A stretch of 21,977 nt of DNA from Candidatus Thorarchaeota archaeon (GTDB taxonomy: Archaea > Asgardarchaeota > Thorarchaeia > Thorarchaeales > Thorarchaeaceae). Positions 7,071 through 16,526 of the stretch are shown one piece after another (position 1 is the first letter of the stretch; each line of letters begins with the position of its first letter). Below the pieces are notes generated by a model, which searched no databases, was not told the DNA's origin, and saw only the letters and a program-made list of their open reading frames with translations. The stretch lies in assembly GCA_029858305.1 (NCBI GenBank), contig JAOUFI010000035.1, positions 1-21,977 of the forward strand. The letters are read 5' to 3'. The translations under genes were made by a program, and so were the position numbers.

Positions 7071-8345
7071 TCACTGAATCAATGATTTTTCTTGTGCATG
7101 CTTCTGAGGTGCTGCTTCTTTGAGGAAATAAGTACCAATACAAGCCACAGTAATCAGGAGAACAACGAGAATGGCTAGACCTGGGAAGAGGCCTCCTACT
7201 GAATATGCAAACTCAGCTGCTAGCGGGCCAATAATCATCCCTGACCCAAAGAAAATACTATACACTCCCATGGTACTCCCCCGTGCTTCTGCACTCGATA
7301 TATCCGTGAGGTATGCCATCGCTGCAGGCGGAAATGAACCTGCAATGAATCCAAGTATTGGTAGTAATGGCCAGAGTCCCGAGGTCCAAAGAGTATCGAA
7401 AGCTTCGGCATTTGCTACTAGCATGTAGGCGAGTGCGCCAAATCCAATAAGGCCGAACACAATGAATGGTCTTCTCTTCATCATGTAGTCAGAAAGATGA
7501 CCCATAATGATAATTCCAAGAATAAGAGCTCCTCCCAGCATTCCAAAGAGAACAATCATGTCCATTGCTGTTATATCAAAATACGTTTCTATGATGTATT
7601 TTGTTTTTGAGATTACAAGCCCATATAGTGAAATGATTGGGATGTAGACTGGAAGCATCAATTGAATCCTCTTGTCGCGAGCAACTTGCTTGAGTAGTGC
7701 TAACATACTTACTTCTTCATGAGACACAACTCTAGTTTCTTTGATGAGGAGTATGGTTAGCACTCCCGTTAATGCACATGCTCCAGCAGCAGCAAAGAGA
7801 AGGGATGTTGGTGTGAACGCAATTTCCAACACAATTGAACCAATCTGCAAAGTAGTAGATCCTATCTCCAAGAGAATGATTCCAAGACCAAAACCCCCTG
7901 CAAGTCCAACAAGAGTTGAAAGGTCATAATAACCCATTAGTCTTGCTCTGTTCTCTTCTGAGGAGCAGTCTGCAATTATGGAGAGTGTTGTTGTAACCTT
8001 GGAGGCTGCGCCAATTCCAAAGAGTCCCGCTAATACGAATGCCACGATTTGAATAGTTGCAACTCCAAACAAGAATGCAGCAAGTGCTGTGATGAACAGG
8101 CTTGCCGCAAGGATGGGTTTTCTACCAATCTTGTCAGAGTAGGAGCCAAAGAATGAGACCGTACTAAGTTCTGCTAGTGGATAGATTGCAAGCACCACTG
8201 CAACACCCCATCCCACCAACGCTCCTCCCATGTACACACTACTTGAAATGACAGCAATTGTCACGTAGAAGGCGGCACGCATAATCAATGTCACAAGATA
8301 TAGCATGATAAGAGTCAAAGCATGACCCGACTGTCGTAGTCCCAT
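7071..8345 (-). CDS. MFS transporter
   Basis: About 12 TM helices. Motif A GSYSDKIGRK repeated as GHLSDYMMKRR. RARLMG/RGSTMG repeats. GGAG RBS. Confidence 0.93.
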   Translation of the reverse strand: MGLRQSGHALTLIMLYLVTLIMRAAFYVTIAVISSSVYMGGALVGWGVAVVLAIYPLAELSTVSFFGSYSDKIGRKPILAASLFITALAAFLFGVATIQIVAFVLAGLFGIGAASKVTTTLSIIADCSSEENRARLMGYYDLSTLVGLAGGFGLGIILLEIGSTTLQIGSIVLEIAFTPTSLLFAAAGACALTGVLTILLIKETRVVSHEEVSMLALLKQVARDKRIQLMLPVYIPIISLYGLVISKTKYIIETYFDITAMDMIVLFGMLGGALILGIIIMGHLSDYMMKRRPFIVFGLIGFGALAYMLVANAEAFDTLWTSGLWPLLPILGFIAGSFPPAAMAYLTDISSAEARGSTMGVYSIFFGSGMIIGPLAAEFAYSVGGLFPGLAILVVLLITVACIGTYFLKEAAPQKHAQEKSLIQ

Positions 8346-8386
8346 TCAAAAGCTCTCCAAGTTTATCGTGCATGAGCCGGTGCATC

Positions 8387-8400
8387 AGCTTTTATAAGCT
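8387..8400. promoter_or_regulatory. TATA box TTTATAA inside an AGCTT-N4-AAGCT palindrome between divergent genes
   Basis: TTTATAA at 8391-8397 lies 25 nt before ATG 8423, the spacing expected for a leaderless transcript. It reads TTATAAA on the minus strand toward the MFS gene. Confidence 0.6.
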
Positions 8401-8422
8401 ATGTAGGTCCACCTGTAGCACT

Positions 8423-8785
8423 ATGGCAAGCTATAGAGTTCCCGGAGAAATTGGTACAACCGAGTACATCTACTTGTCACTCTATCGTCTAAAGACACTC
8501 ACGAATGACGAGAAGCATCAATGGTTCAAGTCATGGCGAGAGATTAAGAATAATCTTCCTAAAGGTATCAAAATTGTTACCGAAGCTACTAGTGCGTTTG
8601 GTACCGACTACACTGGATTCACGGTCTATGAAGGTCCACTTGATAAATTCGAAGAGCTTGTGGCTACTCTTGAAAAATATACACAAGGACTGATTGAGAA
8701 ATCACTAACAATAATTGGCACACGTGGATTCAATTTGCCTACCGCAGAGTTTCAGCAGATATTGGAAGGTCGACCTGTAGATTAA
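8423..8785 (+). CDS. Hypothetical protein, probable dimeric alpha+beta barrel (GYD/darcynin/chlorite dismutase-like fold)
   Basis: Beta-alpha-beta-beta-alpha-beta pattern (YIYLSLYRL / EKHQWFKSW / GIKIV / FGTDYTGFTVYEG / FEELV). Start moved to ATG 8423 on TATA spacing. Fold is inferred. Confidence 0.7.
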   Translation: MASYRVPGEIGTTEYIYLSLYRLKTLTNDEKHQWFKSWREIKNNLPKGIKIVTEATSAFGTDYTGFTVYEGPLDKFEELVATLEKYTQGLIEKSLTIIGTRGFNLPTAEFQQILEGRPVD

Positions 8786-8874
8786 GTAGCATTATAGATT
8801 TCGCCGCAGAGAACGATTTTTTAGTATCAACATCACGAACCTTTCTCTGAATTCCAGTAGGTGGCTTCCGCTTT

Positions 8875-10635
8875 ATGGTAAAAGTATCACGAAAGACATT
8901 TGTGACACTTCTTGTGGCCATTCTTGCTGGATACATTCTATATAATATTGCGCCACCCAGTGTTGAGCCTGGTCAATATGAAGTATCGTTACACATCATG
9001 TCTGATGGAATCAATGTTGAGAAGTCGTTCAATATCACCCTCATCCAATCTGGATCAATCAGTCAAACGAAACACTATCTTAATGGTACATCTACCAATG
9101 TAACTTTGACATTACCTGATAGAGTGCTGATAAAGACAGATAATCCGTTACGTTTCGTATTGAACGTGTCTGGTGACCCTCTGCTTGCAAGTCAGATTCA
9201 TGTAGATCTCACAAACGAGGGTGGAATCAATGTCACACTAAGACCAACGCGTCAGGTTGAACAGGTCTTCACCATTGAATATCAGCCCCTTGTGAGTTCT
9301 CGAGCTTCAGTAATGATTCTTGGTGTTGTGGCCATCCTTTGGTTCACTGAGGGCATAAGCCTCGTAGCAACTTCCTTGTTGATTCCTGTTCTAATAGTTC
9401 TCACAGATATTCGAACACCAACTGAGGCACTCGCTCCATTCTTTGATCCGTCTGTTGCTCTGATTTTTGGAGGTTTTTTGATTGGTCGTGCTCTGACAAA
9501 GTATGAACTTGATAAACGCTTGGCGCTTGTTATCTTGTCACGTAGTAGTAGCTCTGGAGGAGCACTGATAATTTCTGTCATGGGCGTAACAGCCTTTCTC
9601 TCCATGTGGATTAGCAATACAGCAGCTGCTGCAATCATGATACCTATCGCACTCGCAGTGATAAGTAGAATAAGAAGCTCTGATATTCGGGACAAGTATG
9701 GCAAAGCACTTGTCTTAGGTGTAGCATACTCAGCAACCTTAGGCGGTGTTGGAAGCCTTGTTGGATCACCACCCAATCCGCTTGCGGCTAGTTATATCAA
9801 TTCATTCTTAGGCCAGAGCTTCTCCTTCATGAGTTGGATACCTTTTGGTTTACCAGTTGTTTTAATCATGCTCCCATTAATTTGGCAGTGGATTCTCTTT
9901 CGATTTAAGATACCCAAAGATATCGAGGAGATGGATGAATTAAAGGAGGTTTCTCTGAAAGAGTATCTAAAGCTAGGTCCCATGTCAACAGAACAAAAGT
10001 TTGTCATCGCTGTCTTTGCGAGTGTTATTATTCTGTGGTTTACTGAGGAATTGCCTGACTTCGTTGCTTCAGCAATAGGCTGGTCAGGACATGGTATTTC
10101 CAGCGCGGTCGTCGCTCTTATTGGAGGAGTCAGCTTGATGATTCTTCGATTATTAGATGAGAAGGATGTTTCCCATAACATAAGTTGGTCTTCTCTTCTC
10201 ATCCTGGGGAGTGGTATCGCGCTCGGTGGAGCTATGATTGATACAGGTCTCTCCGCACACATAGCACAACAATTGGGCGGTCTTGGTGTTCTGCACCCTC
10301 TACTACTACTGGTAATCATCGGAACTGTGGCTGTACTTGTTACTATGGTTGCATCTAATACCGGTGCTGCAGTTATTCTCATCCCTATAGCAATTCCACT
10401 AGCTACGAGTCTTGGAATCGATCCTTTGCTTATCACAATGGTCATTGCCATAGGAGTATCCATGGATTTTGCTCTGCCTACTGGAACTCCACCATCGACT
10501 ATTGCATATAGTACTGGTAAAGTTAGTATTCGTGAAATGATATCTACAGGGCTAGTTGTTGATCTTCTTGCTATCTTTATCTTGACTGTGGTTGTCATCT
10601 GGTTGTGGGCGCTACTAGGTCTTATAGTGCTCTAG
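8875..10635 (+). CDS. DASS/SLC13 family Na+:dicarboxylate/sulfate symporter with an inserted N-terminal extracellular domain
   Basis: Two SNT motifs (LSMWISNTAA, VASNTGA), plus GSPPN, FALPTGTPP and LWFTEGI. Confidence 0.93.
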   Translation: MVKVSRKTFVTLLVAILAGYILYNIAPPSVEPGQYEVSLHIMSDGINVEKSFNITLIQSGSISQTKHYLNGTSTNVTLTLPDRVLIKTDNPLRFVLNVSGDPLLASQIHVDLTNEGGINVTLRPTRQVEQVFTIEYQPLVSSRASVMILGVVAILWFTEGISLVATSLLIPVLIVLTDIRTPTEALAPFFDPSVALIFGGFLIGRALTKYELDKRLALVILSRSSSSGGALIISVMGVTAFLSMWISNTAAAAIMIPIALAVISRIRSSDIRDKYGKALVLGVAYSATLGGVGSLVGSPPNPLAASYINSFLGQSFSFMSWIPFGLPVVLIMLPLIWQWILFRFKIPKDIEEMDELKEVSLKEYLKLGPMSTEQKFVIAVFASVIILWFTEELPDFVASAIGWSGHGISSAVVALIGGVSLMILRLLDEKDVSHNISWSSLLILGSGIALGGAMIDTGLSAHIAQQLGGLGVLHPLLLLVIIGTVAVLVTMVASNTGAAVILIPIAIPLATSLGIDPLLITMVIAIGVSMDFALPTGTPPSTIAYSTGKVSIREMISTGLVVDLLAIFILTVVVIWLWALLGLIVL

Positions 10636-10658
10636 AACTAGTACAGATGTGCATATCA

Positions 10659-10672
10659 CGAAGGGTTTAAAT
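10659..10672 (+). promoter_or_regulatory. BRE/TATA promoter (CGAAGGG-TTTAAAT)
   Basis: Purine-rich BRE followed by TTTAAAT at 10666-10672. Spacing favours GTG 10708 (RBS GAGGT 10696-10700) over ATG 10687. Confidence 0.6.
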
Positions 10673-10707
10673 CACACTATCATAGGATGCACTTCGAGGT
10701 TACTCGC

Positions 10708-11478
10708 GTGAGCTGGATCTCCAAGATAATCAAAGGAACTTCTGATGAGTTTGTTCATGCCAAATTAGTAAAGTACGGATTAGGATCGCATCCGGGACCG
10801 AGAGCACGAATAACTCTGAGCAAGCCAAGTATCAAGTTTAAGGCGGATCTTGACCAAGAGAAAGATTTCCTGAAGGGCTATGTTCTAGGCTCCCCTTCAG
10901 GCCAGCACAAGGTCAAGGGTATTATCATTACCTATAGTGACAGAACAAATGAGTTTGGTCAATTGATGATGCCCCTCTCCTGGTCGAAATCAGCAGGTAA
11001 AGGTGCTCCTGTCTTTAAGGCAAAATTGGATGAATCAGCTCCCTTGGATGATATTAAGGCTCTCTTCGATGTTGACGATCCTACGACCTTCTACTTTCTT
11101 TCCCTCAATCCCAAGGATGGCACAAAGCCTTGGAAGATTCAGACAAAGACATCATTTCCCAAGGGTGGTCCTGCCGAGGAAGATGAAGAATCAGAAGGAA
11201 AGGATCCTGTGTTTGCGAAGGGGGCGCTTGGAAATACTTCTGAAACTTTTGAATACATCCTAAACACATACCTCCCTGATCTTCAAGATAAAATCAGTTC
11301 GAAGACGAAAGACATCTGGATTAGAAATAATTTCGAGATTCTTGAAATTCAGATTCCTGAAGATTCCAAACTTTCATTCACTGAAAAGCGTAGACTGGCA
11401 AAGAAGCGTGGGAAGTTGATTCGTGAAGTATCAATCGATGGTGAGAACTTTACTAGAGAGTATGAATTCATTGCATGA
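10708..11478 (+). CDS. Hypothetical soluble protein, Lys-rich alpha/beta
   Basis: Long ORF with its own promoter and RBS, acidic loop EEDEESE and basic C-terminal KRRLAKKRGKLIR. No catalytic motif recognised. Confidence 0.8.
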   Translation: MSWISKIIKGTSDEFVHAKLVKYGLGSHPGPRARITLSKPSIKFKADLDQEKDFLKGYVLGSPSGQHKVKGIIITYSDRTNEFGQLMMPLSWSKSAGKGAPVFKAKLDESAPLDDIKALFDVDDPTTFYFLSLNPKDGTKPWKIQTKTSFPKGGPAEEDEESEGKDPVFAKGALGNTSETFEYILNTYLPDLQDKISSKTKDIWIRNNFEILEIQIPEDSKLSFTEKRRLAKKRGKLIREVSIDGENFTREYEFIA

Positions 11479-11544
11479 CTACGCGACCGAGTACTTTAAA
11501 TTCGTAATCAAGACGATCCCAATAGAAACAACGAGGCGACAAAA

Positions 11545-11745
11545 ATGCTCCAGACCTTTGAAAGCACAATATTCCTATTTTCAACCATATTCCTATTTCT
11601 AGGAATTTTCGCTTTTGGTTGGCTTGTTGTTCATATAGAGCATGGTCGCCACTTTTCAAAGATAAAGGTGATTTCAGCACTTAGTCTCGGTGCCATCTTG
11701 ATTGGGTTTGGTATTCACTTTCTGCTTGTATCAATGGGAATGTAG
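11545..11745 (+). CDS. Small 2-TM membrane protein (66 aa)
   Basis: Two hydrophobic helices joined by HIEHGRHFSKIK. GAGG RBS and TTTAAAT at 11495-11501 upstream. Confidence 0.75.
   Translation: MLQTFESTIFLFSTIFLFLGIFAFGWLVVHIEHGRHFSKIKVISALSLGAILIGFGIHFLLVSMGM
11563..11598 (+). repeat. Imperfect 18-nt in-frame tandem duplication (STIFLF x2)
   Basis: ATATTCCTATTT is identical at 11569-11580 and 11587-11598. Confidence 0.7.
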
Positions 11746-11859
11746 TTCGTATCTTTTGCGTTCCTGTTTTGATATTCTAAAATATGCACGAACAACCGTT
11801 ATTTAGTAACTTGCAGCCTTACATTACGCGGGTATCTACAACCACTTAATTCGAGAAGG

Positions 11860-13068
11860 ATGCGAGGTATTTTTCCATTGTTGCCTGAGACCGACATTCA
11901 GAAGCTTGCAGTTGAAAGTCGTCAAAGGCTAATCCAAGAATTTGCAGATACCTATGTAAATCTACGAGAACGAGTGCGCCGTGTTCCAGATGCAGACGCT
12001 CAAAAAATCTCAGAGGATTTATCTTGCCCTCTTGAGGTGGCGATGGTGGCATATTTGATTAATATGGATGGAATACTGGGTATTCGCCAAGCTGTAGATC
12101 TGTTTACCACAGAGCTAGCTCGTAGAGCTTCTAGGGGCGAAGATGTGCCAAACCTGCCAGGAAACATAATGGAGTTTGCACTTGTTGAAGGTCGTTGGAT
12201 ATCTCATCTATATGGGACTTTTTCTCGACTATTAGAGCTTCAGTGTAGAAGTCTAGGGAATCTTGAAGATGTGGTTGAACAAGGCAATATCGAGATTGAA
12301 AAGGCGCTTTCTATAATCGCGTTTCGTACAAAACTCGCAGAAACCATCATCTCACCGGTTCTTGAAGAGTGGGTTAAAGATCATGTTAAATCCACTAGCG
12401 CAGACACAGTACTTGTATTCGGACAGGCAATAACCAAATGGAATCGCAACACGCTCAGTGGGAAGTTTAAACAAGTTCTCCGTCGTAATCAGGCATACCT
12501 CCGCATATTACGAGAGAGTTTGACAAAATCATCTGATTCGTTCACTATTGATTCATCTATCGCCCGTCTTGATGCACTAATTGATGAATTGGGATTGCCA
12601 CCTGAGCAGTTGACTTTCAGAGCAGTTGCACACTTTCTCATTCAACTTGTGCCTCGACCCACAAGTGGCAGGGGTGACCGATCACCCTTTGTGGACGTAG
12701 GTGTCGGTTCGACTAGAGGAAACAAAGCTGAACCAGATCTAACATCGCCTTTTGATTTCCTGGAGCGAGATGTGAAGCTTGCAAGAAGGAGAGTGGGTGA
12801 TGAACGAGATGAGTATTTGGTGGATCGAATTGGGCGTGTGATTAGAGTTCTCAAGTATCAAGGAAATGACTTGATGGAGTGCATTGAAAAGAGTCTAACT
12901 GAAATCAAAGAAAGATTCAGTCTCAATGATCTATCTCTAGATAGTGCAATAGCTTCAGCGAAATCACAAGTATCTGAAGCACCAATATCCGAGCGTGATA
13001 TGCTCACTGTCAGGCTAGTACATGGCTTCGTTAACACTCACGTGTATTCGGAGGAACAAAATCATTGA
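11860..13068 (+). CDS. Hypothetical, mostly alpha-helical protein (402 aa)
   Basis: Long ORF with a Gly/Arg/Pro loop PRPTSGRGDRSPFVDVGVGSTRGNKAEPD. Its stop overlaps the next start (TTGA). Confidence 0.85.
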   Translation: MRGIFPLLPETDIQKLAVESRQRLIQEFADTYVNLRERVRRVPDADAQKISEDLSCPLEVAMVAYLINMDGILGIRQAVDLFTTELARRASRGEDVPNLPGNIMEFALVEGRWISHLYGTFSRLLELQCRSLGNLEDVVEQGNIEIEKALSIIAFRTKLAETIISPVLEEWVKDHVKSTSADTVLVFGQAITKWNRNTLSGKFKQVLRRNQAYLRILRESLTKSSDSFTIDSSIARLDALIDELGLPPEQLTFRAVAHFLIQLVPRPTSGRGDRSPFVDVGVGSTRGNKAEPDLTSPFDFLERDVKLARRRVGDERDEYLVDRIGRVIRVLKYQGNDLMECIEKSLTEIKERFSLNDLSLDSAIASAKSQVSEAPISERDMLTVRLVHGFVNTHVYSEEQNH

Positions 13069-13838
13069 ATGAGAAGACGCCATTGTACTGGCTGATTGGC
13101 ATCGAAACGTACGATTTCAGCATAGGTGCATTTCGGGGAGCAGATTTGTCTGGTACTGCATTGATTCTTTCGACCCAACTCTGGTCTATCATCAGAGAAA
13201 CAGAAGTATACTCGATATTGATAGGTCCTGGGATATTCAAAGGCAGTGCCAAAAAGGGAGGCATAAATGTTGCTGTGGAGGAGTTCATATCCGCCTTAAT
13301 GTTCGATCCGACAAAGCTACGATATGATGAGCCGCTTCCGCAGGTTGATATTGTCACTCCTGAGGTCATTGATCCATTAGGATTGAGAAAACAGGAAGAG
13401 ATTGTGACTCTGATTCGAAACCTCGTTATTGAGAGAGGTAATGTTCTTGCTGGTGATGCTCTAGCAAAGATCAAGATGGAGGCAGGTATTCCACAGACAG
13501 CACACTATGAAGAGATTTTCAAACGCATCAATGTATCACACATTTCTGGAGAACAACGGGCTAGATTCATCCTAGGAGGTACAAGTGGTCATATCTATAG
13601 GCCATTTGTTGAGAATTATCCCAAACTACGTCTCCAACCTACCGAACGGTCTAAGGTGTTTGCTGCTCCATTCCATCGAATCACAGGATTTTCGGATATT
13701 GAGGTTATGACTGATTGGATGATTGTGGAGAAGGCTGGTATGGACTCGAAAATGGGTATGGAAGCCATAGCAGCTGAGTATGAAGATACACTTGAGGCAA
13801 TCGAGAGAAATAAAGAGAAGATCATCTTTGAATTGTGA
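13065..13838 (+). CDS. Hypothetical alpha/beta protein (257 aa), translationally coupled to the upstream gene
   Basis: TTG start overlaps the upstream TGA by 4 nt. GGAGGA RBS at 13050-13055. Confidence 0.82.
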   Translation: MNEKTPLYWLIGIETYDFSIGAFRGADLSGTALILSTQLWSIIRETEVYSILIGPGIFKGSAKKGGINVAVEEFISALMFDPTKLRYDEPLPQVDIVTPEVIDPLGLRKQEEIVTLIRNLVIERGNVLAGDALAKIKMEAGIPQTAHYEEIFKRINVSHISGEQRARFILGGTSGHIYRPFVENYPKLRLQPTERSKVFAAPFHRITGFSDIEVMTDWMIVEKAGMDSKMGMEAIAAEYEDTLEAIERNKEKIIFEL

Positions 13839-13889
13839 CGACCACAAGTGTCTTTTATGCATAGAATTTCGCTATGATGAGGTAACCAA

Positions 13890-16526
13890 TTGGAAATTGC
13901 TGATGCTGATGTTCAGAAACGGCTCTCAAAGCCCTATGTACTTGTGATTAGGTCTGCCAAACAAGAGGGTGCAACAAGAGTCGATGTGTTCTCTGATGAA
14001 TTGAGAGATCGTCAGCGATCTGTTTTGGGAGGTATGGTGGAGTACGGATATAGAACCTCAGGAATACTTGAGATCAAACGTTTTTGGTTTATCAAGTATA
14101 ACAAACCCATTTACTACCAACCAAAAGAGGCACACGAGATTCTCAGGAAAGCAAAAAGCATCATCATTCCAAAAGAGCAAACCCCTGAATTCCTCGAAGA
14201 TCTAAAAGATTTCCTGAAGCGAGTGAACGCTCCGGATCCGAGAGTGGTTCATACCTGTCAGCATTGTCTACGTGAAGATAAGCTCACAGTTCTTACACGT
14301 AGGAATGCGATCAAGCTTACACGGGATCAAGTAACATGTCTATCCTGTGGACAGGCTGATCTCAAAACAGAATTGCGAACTCTTGGTATTCAATTATCAA
14401 AGGCGATGATGAATCAATTGGAGCGTCAGGTGTCTCGTATCAAATCTATACCTCGATTGATTGAGATGCTGACTCCCGGATTTGATCCAACGCAGGAGCC
14501 TGATCTGACGCTCATTGACACCATTGTCGCTCAAGACACTAGCACTAAGAAGGACGTCAAGGATCTTCTCATTCCGGATGAATTCAAGAAGGTTCTAACT
14601 GATAGTGGTTTGGAAATTCTTCTACCCATTCAACGTAAGACAGTTGATTCCGGCTTACTGGATAATGTTTCTCTTTTGATAGTGTCATCAACATCATCAG
14701 GAAAAACACTCCTTGGCGAGCTTGCAGGAATTCCTAAGGCATTACAAGGCAAGAAGATGATCTATATGTCGCCTCTTGTCGCTTTAACGAATGAAAAGTA
14801 CGAGCAATTTAGGAAGAGATACCGTTCGATTGGTCTACGAACTGGAATCAAAGTTGGTATGTCTAACCTTGACGTAGGAAATGAAGGAAAACCGATCGTT
14901 GATACTGACATCTCAAAGGCTGACATTGTTTGTGCGACATACGAGGCTCTTGACCTTATATTCCGTTCTGGAAACACAACCGATCTTGGAGAAGTTGGAA
15001 CTATAGTGATAGATGAGATTCAGAATCTTGCGGATCCTGAACGGGGGCCTGAATTAGATGGTCTTATCGCTCGTATGCGCTTACATTATCCGAAAGCTCA
15101 ATACATCGCTCTCTCAGCAACTGTTGGCTCTCCAGCCGCTTTGGCAAAGGAACTAAGGTTCAAGCTCGTGAATTTTGAGGGTCGTCCGGTTCCTCTAGAA
15201 CGTCATCTTGTCTTTGCTCGAAGTGATGAAGATAAGCGTTCAATAATCCGTAGATTAGTCACTCAGGAATTCAAACATGTCAGTTCTTTTGGAAACAAAG
15301 GGCAATCCATTATCTTCACATACTCGCGCCGTAGGGCTCAAGCTCTCAACGATTGGTTGCGAGAGCAACATGTGTCTTCCACAGTTTATCATGGAGGTCT
15401 TTCGTATGCCCAACGAAGAGGAATTGAGAGAGCGTATAACAAGCAAAAGTATGCTTGCATTGTGACTACGGCAGCATTAGGAGCGGGAGTGGACCTTCCA
15501 GCTTCTCAAGTGGTATTCGAAACCTTGGCAATGGGTGCAGACTGGATAACTAATGCTGAATTTGAACAAATGCTTGGACGTGCGGGACGTCTTGGTAAGC
15601 ATGATCACGGGAAAGTCTACATCATCGTTCAACCTGAACGAAAATACCATAGTGGACAGGATGGTACTGAAGATGAAGTTGCAGTACGTTTACTCAATGG
15701 AATAATCGAAGATGTTGAACCATTTGCAGATAAAGAAACAAGTGCTGAGCAAATCCTTGCCACCATCTGTTCAACGGGACTCATCGACTTGAAGGCTATC
15801 GCACGTGCCTACTTGGGCATGTTGTCAATGTCGGTGCCTCCCTCAGATGCTTTGAAGCATTTAGTCAAAACACATATGATTCGAGTAAAGGAAGGTGGTG
15901 CTCACCCAACTGAGTTAGGCCGAGCCACCTCCCTGTCATTCTTAGCTCCGAGTATGGGATTGGAAGTCATGAAACTTACCGCATCCTACGATGTACTTGA
16001 TATTGCTTTGATGCTCGAGCCCTTTGAAAATATCTATCTTAGCAACAAACTGCAAGAAGAAATCAACTCAGCTTTCAGAACGCATATGCCTACTCGCCTA
16101 TTCTCAGGCGTTTTTGGAGAAATAAGCAGCTTGACCAAACCCGGAAGTGGAGCTGGAAGATTGCCACAATGGGTATTCGAGGTCTTTGGCACATGGGCCA
16201 CGACTTTCTTTAACTGTGGTTGCCGTGATTTTCCAGAATGTGACCACGGAAAAATTAGATTAGGTCGTTGGCTTGTTGAGCGAAGATATGAGGGATATAA
16301 CCCATCTGGATTAGCAGCACGACTGCATAAGGATTTTGAACTCTGGGCATATCCTGGAGATCTGTTTTCATGGTTAGACTCTCTTATTCATAGTCTAAAG
16401 GCCGTACAGAGAATAGCTAGTGTAGCAGGCAAAGTTGATCTCAGCGAGGAGATCGACAGTCAGATTGCTAGAATTGAACGACCTCTGGATTATCAAAATC
16501 CTGAAGAAACCGAATCTACGAAGTGA
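13890..16526 (+). CDS. Archaea-specific Ski2-like SF2 helicase (ASH-Ski2/COG1202 type; DUF5814-like C-terminus)
   Basis: Q motif LLPIQ, SSTSSGKT, PLVALTNEKY, DEIQ, LSAT, YHGGL, TTAALGAGVD, QMLGRAGR. N-terminal CQHC/CLSC finger and C-terminal CGCRDFPECDH. TTG start after GAGGT. Confidence 0.92.
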   Translation: MEIADADVQKRLSKPYVLVIRSAKQEGATRVDVFSDELRDRQRSVLGGMVEYGYRTSGILEIKRFWFIKYNKPIYYQPKEAHEILRKAKSIIIPKEQTPEFLEDLKDFLKRVNAPDPRVVHTCQHCLREDKLTVLTRRNAIKLTRDQVTCLSCGQADLKTELRTLGIQLSKAMMNQLERQVSRIKSIPRLIEMLTPGFDPTQEPDLTLIDTIVAQDTSTKKDVKDLLIPDEFKKVLTDSGLEILLPIQRKTVDSGLLDNVSLLIVSSTSSGKTLLGELAGIPKALQGKKMIYMSPLVALTNEKYEQFRKRYRSIGLRTGIKVGMSNLDVGNEGKPIVDTDISKADIVCATYEALDLIFRSGNTTDLGEVGTIVIDEIQNLADPERGPELDGLIARMRLHYPKAQYIALSATVGSPAALAKELRFKLVNFEGRPVPLERHLVFARSDEDKRSIIRRLVTQEFKHVSSFGNKGQSIIFTYSRRRAQALNDWLREQHVSSTVYHGGLSYAQRRGIERAYNKQKYACIVTTAALGAGVDLPASQVVFETLAMGADWITNAEFEQMLGRAGRLGKHDHGKVYIIVQPERKYHSGQDGTEDEVAVRLLNGIIEDVEPFADKETSAEQILATICSTGLIDLKAIARAYLGMLSMSVPPSDALKHLVKTHMIRVKEGGAHPTELGRATSLSFLAPSMGLEVMKLTASYDVLDIALMLEPFENIYLSNKLQEEINSAFRTHMPTRLFSGVFGEISSLTKPGSGAGRLPQWVFEVFGTWATTFFNCGCRDFPECDHGKIRLGRWLVERRYEGYNPSGLAARLHKDFELWAYPGDLFSWLDSLIHSLKAVQRIASVAGKVDLSEEIDSQIARIERPLDYQNPEETESTK

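Noticed and set aside
9282-10598. Long antisense ORFs (164 and 268 aa) opposite the DASS gene
   Set aside because: Shadow frames of hydrophobic codons (Thr/Ile/Ser/Pro-rich, no motifs). The same applies to the short track ORFs nested in other genes.
13065-13160. Longin/uDENN-like start (LIGIETYDFSIG) in the 257-aa protein
   Set aside because: The resemblance is limited to a few residues and the characteristic GP is absent.
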